A stretch of 64,000 nucleotides of DNA from Candidatus Omnitrophica bacterium UBA6249 (GTDB lineage Bacteria; Omnitrophota; Gorgyraeia; Gygaellales; Profunditerraquicolaceae): assembly GCA_002441305.1 (NCBI GenBank), contig DJVT01000003.1:39226-103225 (forward strand). The letters are read 5' to 3'. The position numbers were made by a program, and so were the translations under genes. Positions 62,511 through 64,000 of this stretch are shown here, piece after piece (within the stretch, counting starts at the first letter, position 1; every line of letters begins with the position of its first letter). Under the pieces are notes generated by a model. It worked only from the letters and a program-made list of their open reading frames with translations. It searched no databases and had not been told where the DNA came from.

Positions 62511-64000
62511 TCTGCTTTCTCCACCCACCAATCCGCCAATACTTCCGCCTGCTTCAACACGGTATCTACGGCTTTCTGTTGCATATCGGGTGGATAACCG
62601 TATTTATTCAGCGTACGCCGCACGATAACCATCAGGCGGGCGCGGGCGCTTTCTTTCAGATTCCAGTCGATACTGGCATTCTTGCGCACTTTGTCGGCTA
62701 TTTCCCGGGCAATAGTCTTCAGCGTTTCATCACCCAGAACCTTAACTGCGCTGTCATTTATTTCCAGAGCGGTATAAAAGGCGAATTCCTCCTTAGACAG
62801 TTTCAACTTCTCTGCTAAACCGTCCACTTCGCGCACCTGCCGGGCGATCGCCAGCAATTCCTCGATAATCTCTGCGGTAGACAGAAGGTTATTCTGATAC
62901 TTCTTAATCGACGCTTCCAGCAATTCCAACAGTTTCTTGCCTTCGGTAATGTTAAAATTCAGCCGCGCTTTAATCTCGTCGTTAAGTATTTTATTCAATA
63001 ACTCGATGCCCAGATTCTTATGCTGCAAATCTTTGACTTCCTGCAAAAACTCTTCGGAAAGTAACGATATCTCCGGCTTCTTGATCCCGGCCGCATCAAA
63101 GATATCCACGACTTCGATAGACTCGACCGCCTGGTTGACGATCTGGCGGATTGCGCTCTCATAATTCTTTTCTCCGGTCCCGCCTTCTCCCTCGAATTTA
63201 AGCAACCGCGCCCGCACAGACTGGAAAAAGGCGATCTCATTGCTCAATTTCAGCGCCTCTTCATGCGGCACAGCCAAAGCGAAAAGTTTGGAAAGCGCGG
63301 TCGCTTCCTTGATAAAACGCTCCTTCACCTGCTCTTGGGAAAGGATGAACTCTTCCGCCTGCAGGATAATCGACAACCGCTCCGCTGTACCCACCTTGAA
63401 GAACCGCAGATAATCGAACCCGTGGAATATCTGACGCACCACCTCGATTTTCTCGGCCAACATACCCATGGCTTTTTCCTGGGTCTGGGCCGGATCGCCC
63501 TTTCCCCCGGAACTGGCGTAAAACGCCAACGCCTCTTTCAGCGCATTGCCGATACCGATATAATCCACCACCAACCCGCCCGGTTTATCCAGAAAAACCC
63601 GGTTCACCCGGGCGATCGCCTGCATCAGCGTGTGGCCTTTCATCAGTTTATCGATATACATCGTATGCAAACACGGCACATCGAAGCCGGTAAGCCACAT
63701 ATCCCGGACAATCACCAGCTTTAACGGATCCGCAGGTTCTTTCATCCTCTCGGCAAGCACCTGGCGGTCATTTTTATTCGTGCGATGGCATTTGGGAATA
63801 ACCAGATCATCCGGATCCTCGGGATCGAATTCCAGCTTATCCGAAGACGACGAAGTCATCACCACCTTCAATGCCCCTTCCTTCAAATCCTCGCTATGCC
63901 ACTCCGGCCGCAAAGCGATAAGCGCATCGTACAAAGCCACGGCAATCCTGCGGCTCATCACCACGATCATAGCTTTGCCGGCAAACACTTCCGCACGCTT
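62507..64000 (-). CDS. hsdR: type I restriction enzyme R subunit, C-terminal part (5' end beyond window edge)
   Basis: Helicase C-terminal motif VI ([12 protein letters not shown]) and a long helical C-terminal region typical of HsdR. The reading frame is open to position 64000. Confidence 0.9.
   Translation of the reverse strand, partial: KRAEVFAGKAMIVVMSRRIAVALYDALIALRPEWHSEDLKEGALKVVMTSSSSDKLEFDPEDPDDLVIPKCHRTNKNDRQVLAERMKEPADPLKLVIVRDMWLTGFDVPCLHTMYIDKLMKGHTLMQAIARVNRVFLDKPGGLVVDYIGIGNALKEALAFYASSGGKGDPAQTQEKAMGMLAEKIEVVRQIFHGFDYLRFFKVGTAERLSIILQAEEFILSQEQVKERFIKEATALSKLFALAVPHEEALKLSNEIAFFQSVRARLLKFEGEGGTGEKNYESAIRQIVNQAVESIEVVDIFDAAGIKKPEISLLSEEFLQEVKDLQHKNLGIELLNKILNDEIKARLNFNITEGKKLLELLEASIKKYQNNLLSTAEIIEELLAIARQVREVDGLAEKLKLSKEEFAFYTALEINDSAVKVLGDETLKTIAREIADKVRKNASIDWNLKESARARLMVIVRRTLNKYGYPPDMQQKAVDTVLKQAEVLADWWVEKAE

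Noticed and set aside
1-64000. A search by eye for tRNA, rRNA and tmRNA genes, transposase/integrase genes and prophage structural genes.
   Set aside because: I recognised nothing. The intergenic regions are short and are accounted for by promoters, terminators or the repeats described. A tRNAscan/Infernal run would be needed to exclude small RNAs formally.

Overview
In this 64-kb window every credible gene (about 65) lies on the minus strand. The plus-strand ORFs in the track look like antisense shadows. Positions 1 to about 56.8 kb read as ordinary chromosomal core of a diderm, probably anaerobic bacterium, with G+C a little above 50% by spot counts. This core holds Mla-type ABC components and three separate tripartite efflux systems, each with its own TolC-like duct (ABC-2/YbhGFSR-like, RND, MacAB-like). 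It also holds an ECF sigma/anti-sigma pair, acetate kinase followed by a degenerate paralogue and a degenerate FolE2-like protein, and a ClC channel. A trehalose operon follows (MscS, sensor-fused OtsA, OtsB, an internally duplicated unknown, TreT), then an aromatic amino-acid fermentation cluster (permease, IorAB, PaaK, ACT, thioesterase), clpB-hspR, several hydrolases, Sir2 and redox/detox genes. From about 56.8 kb to the right edge the DNA looks accessory. It carries a Fic protein, a frameshifted methyltransferase, a visibly AT-rich block of five small or unknown genes (59.0-62.0 kb), and a PD-(D/E)xK-like gene translationally coupled to the 3' end of a type I restriction hsdR that runs off the window. 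Three families of intergenic repeats are interspersed here, including 30-nt perfect palindromes with compensatory substitutions. The AT-rich block behind hsdR is my best candidate for an undescribed, defence-type system. I recognised no rRNA, tRNA, CRISPR array, transposase or integrase. All family assignments come from motif recognition by eye on the supplied translations, not from database searches.
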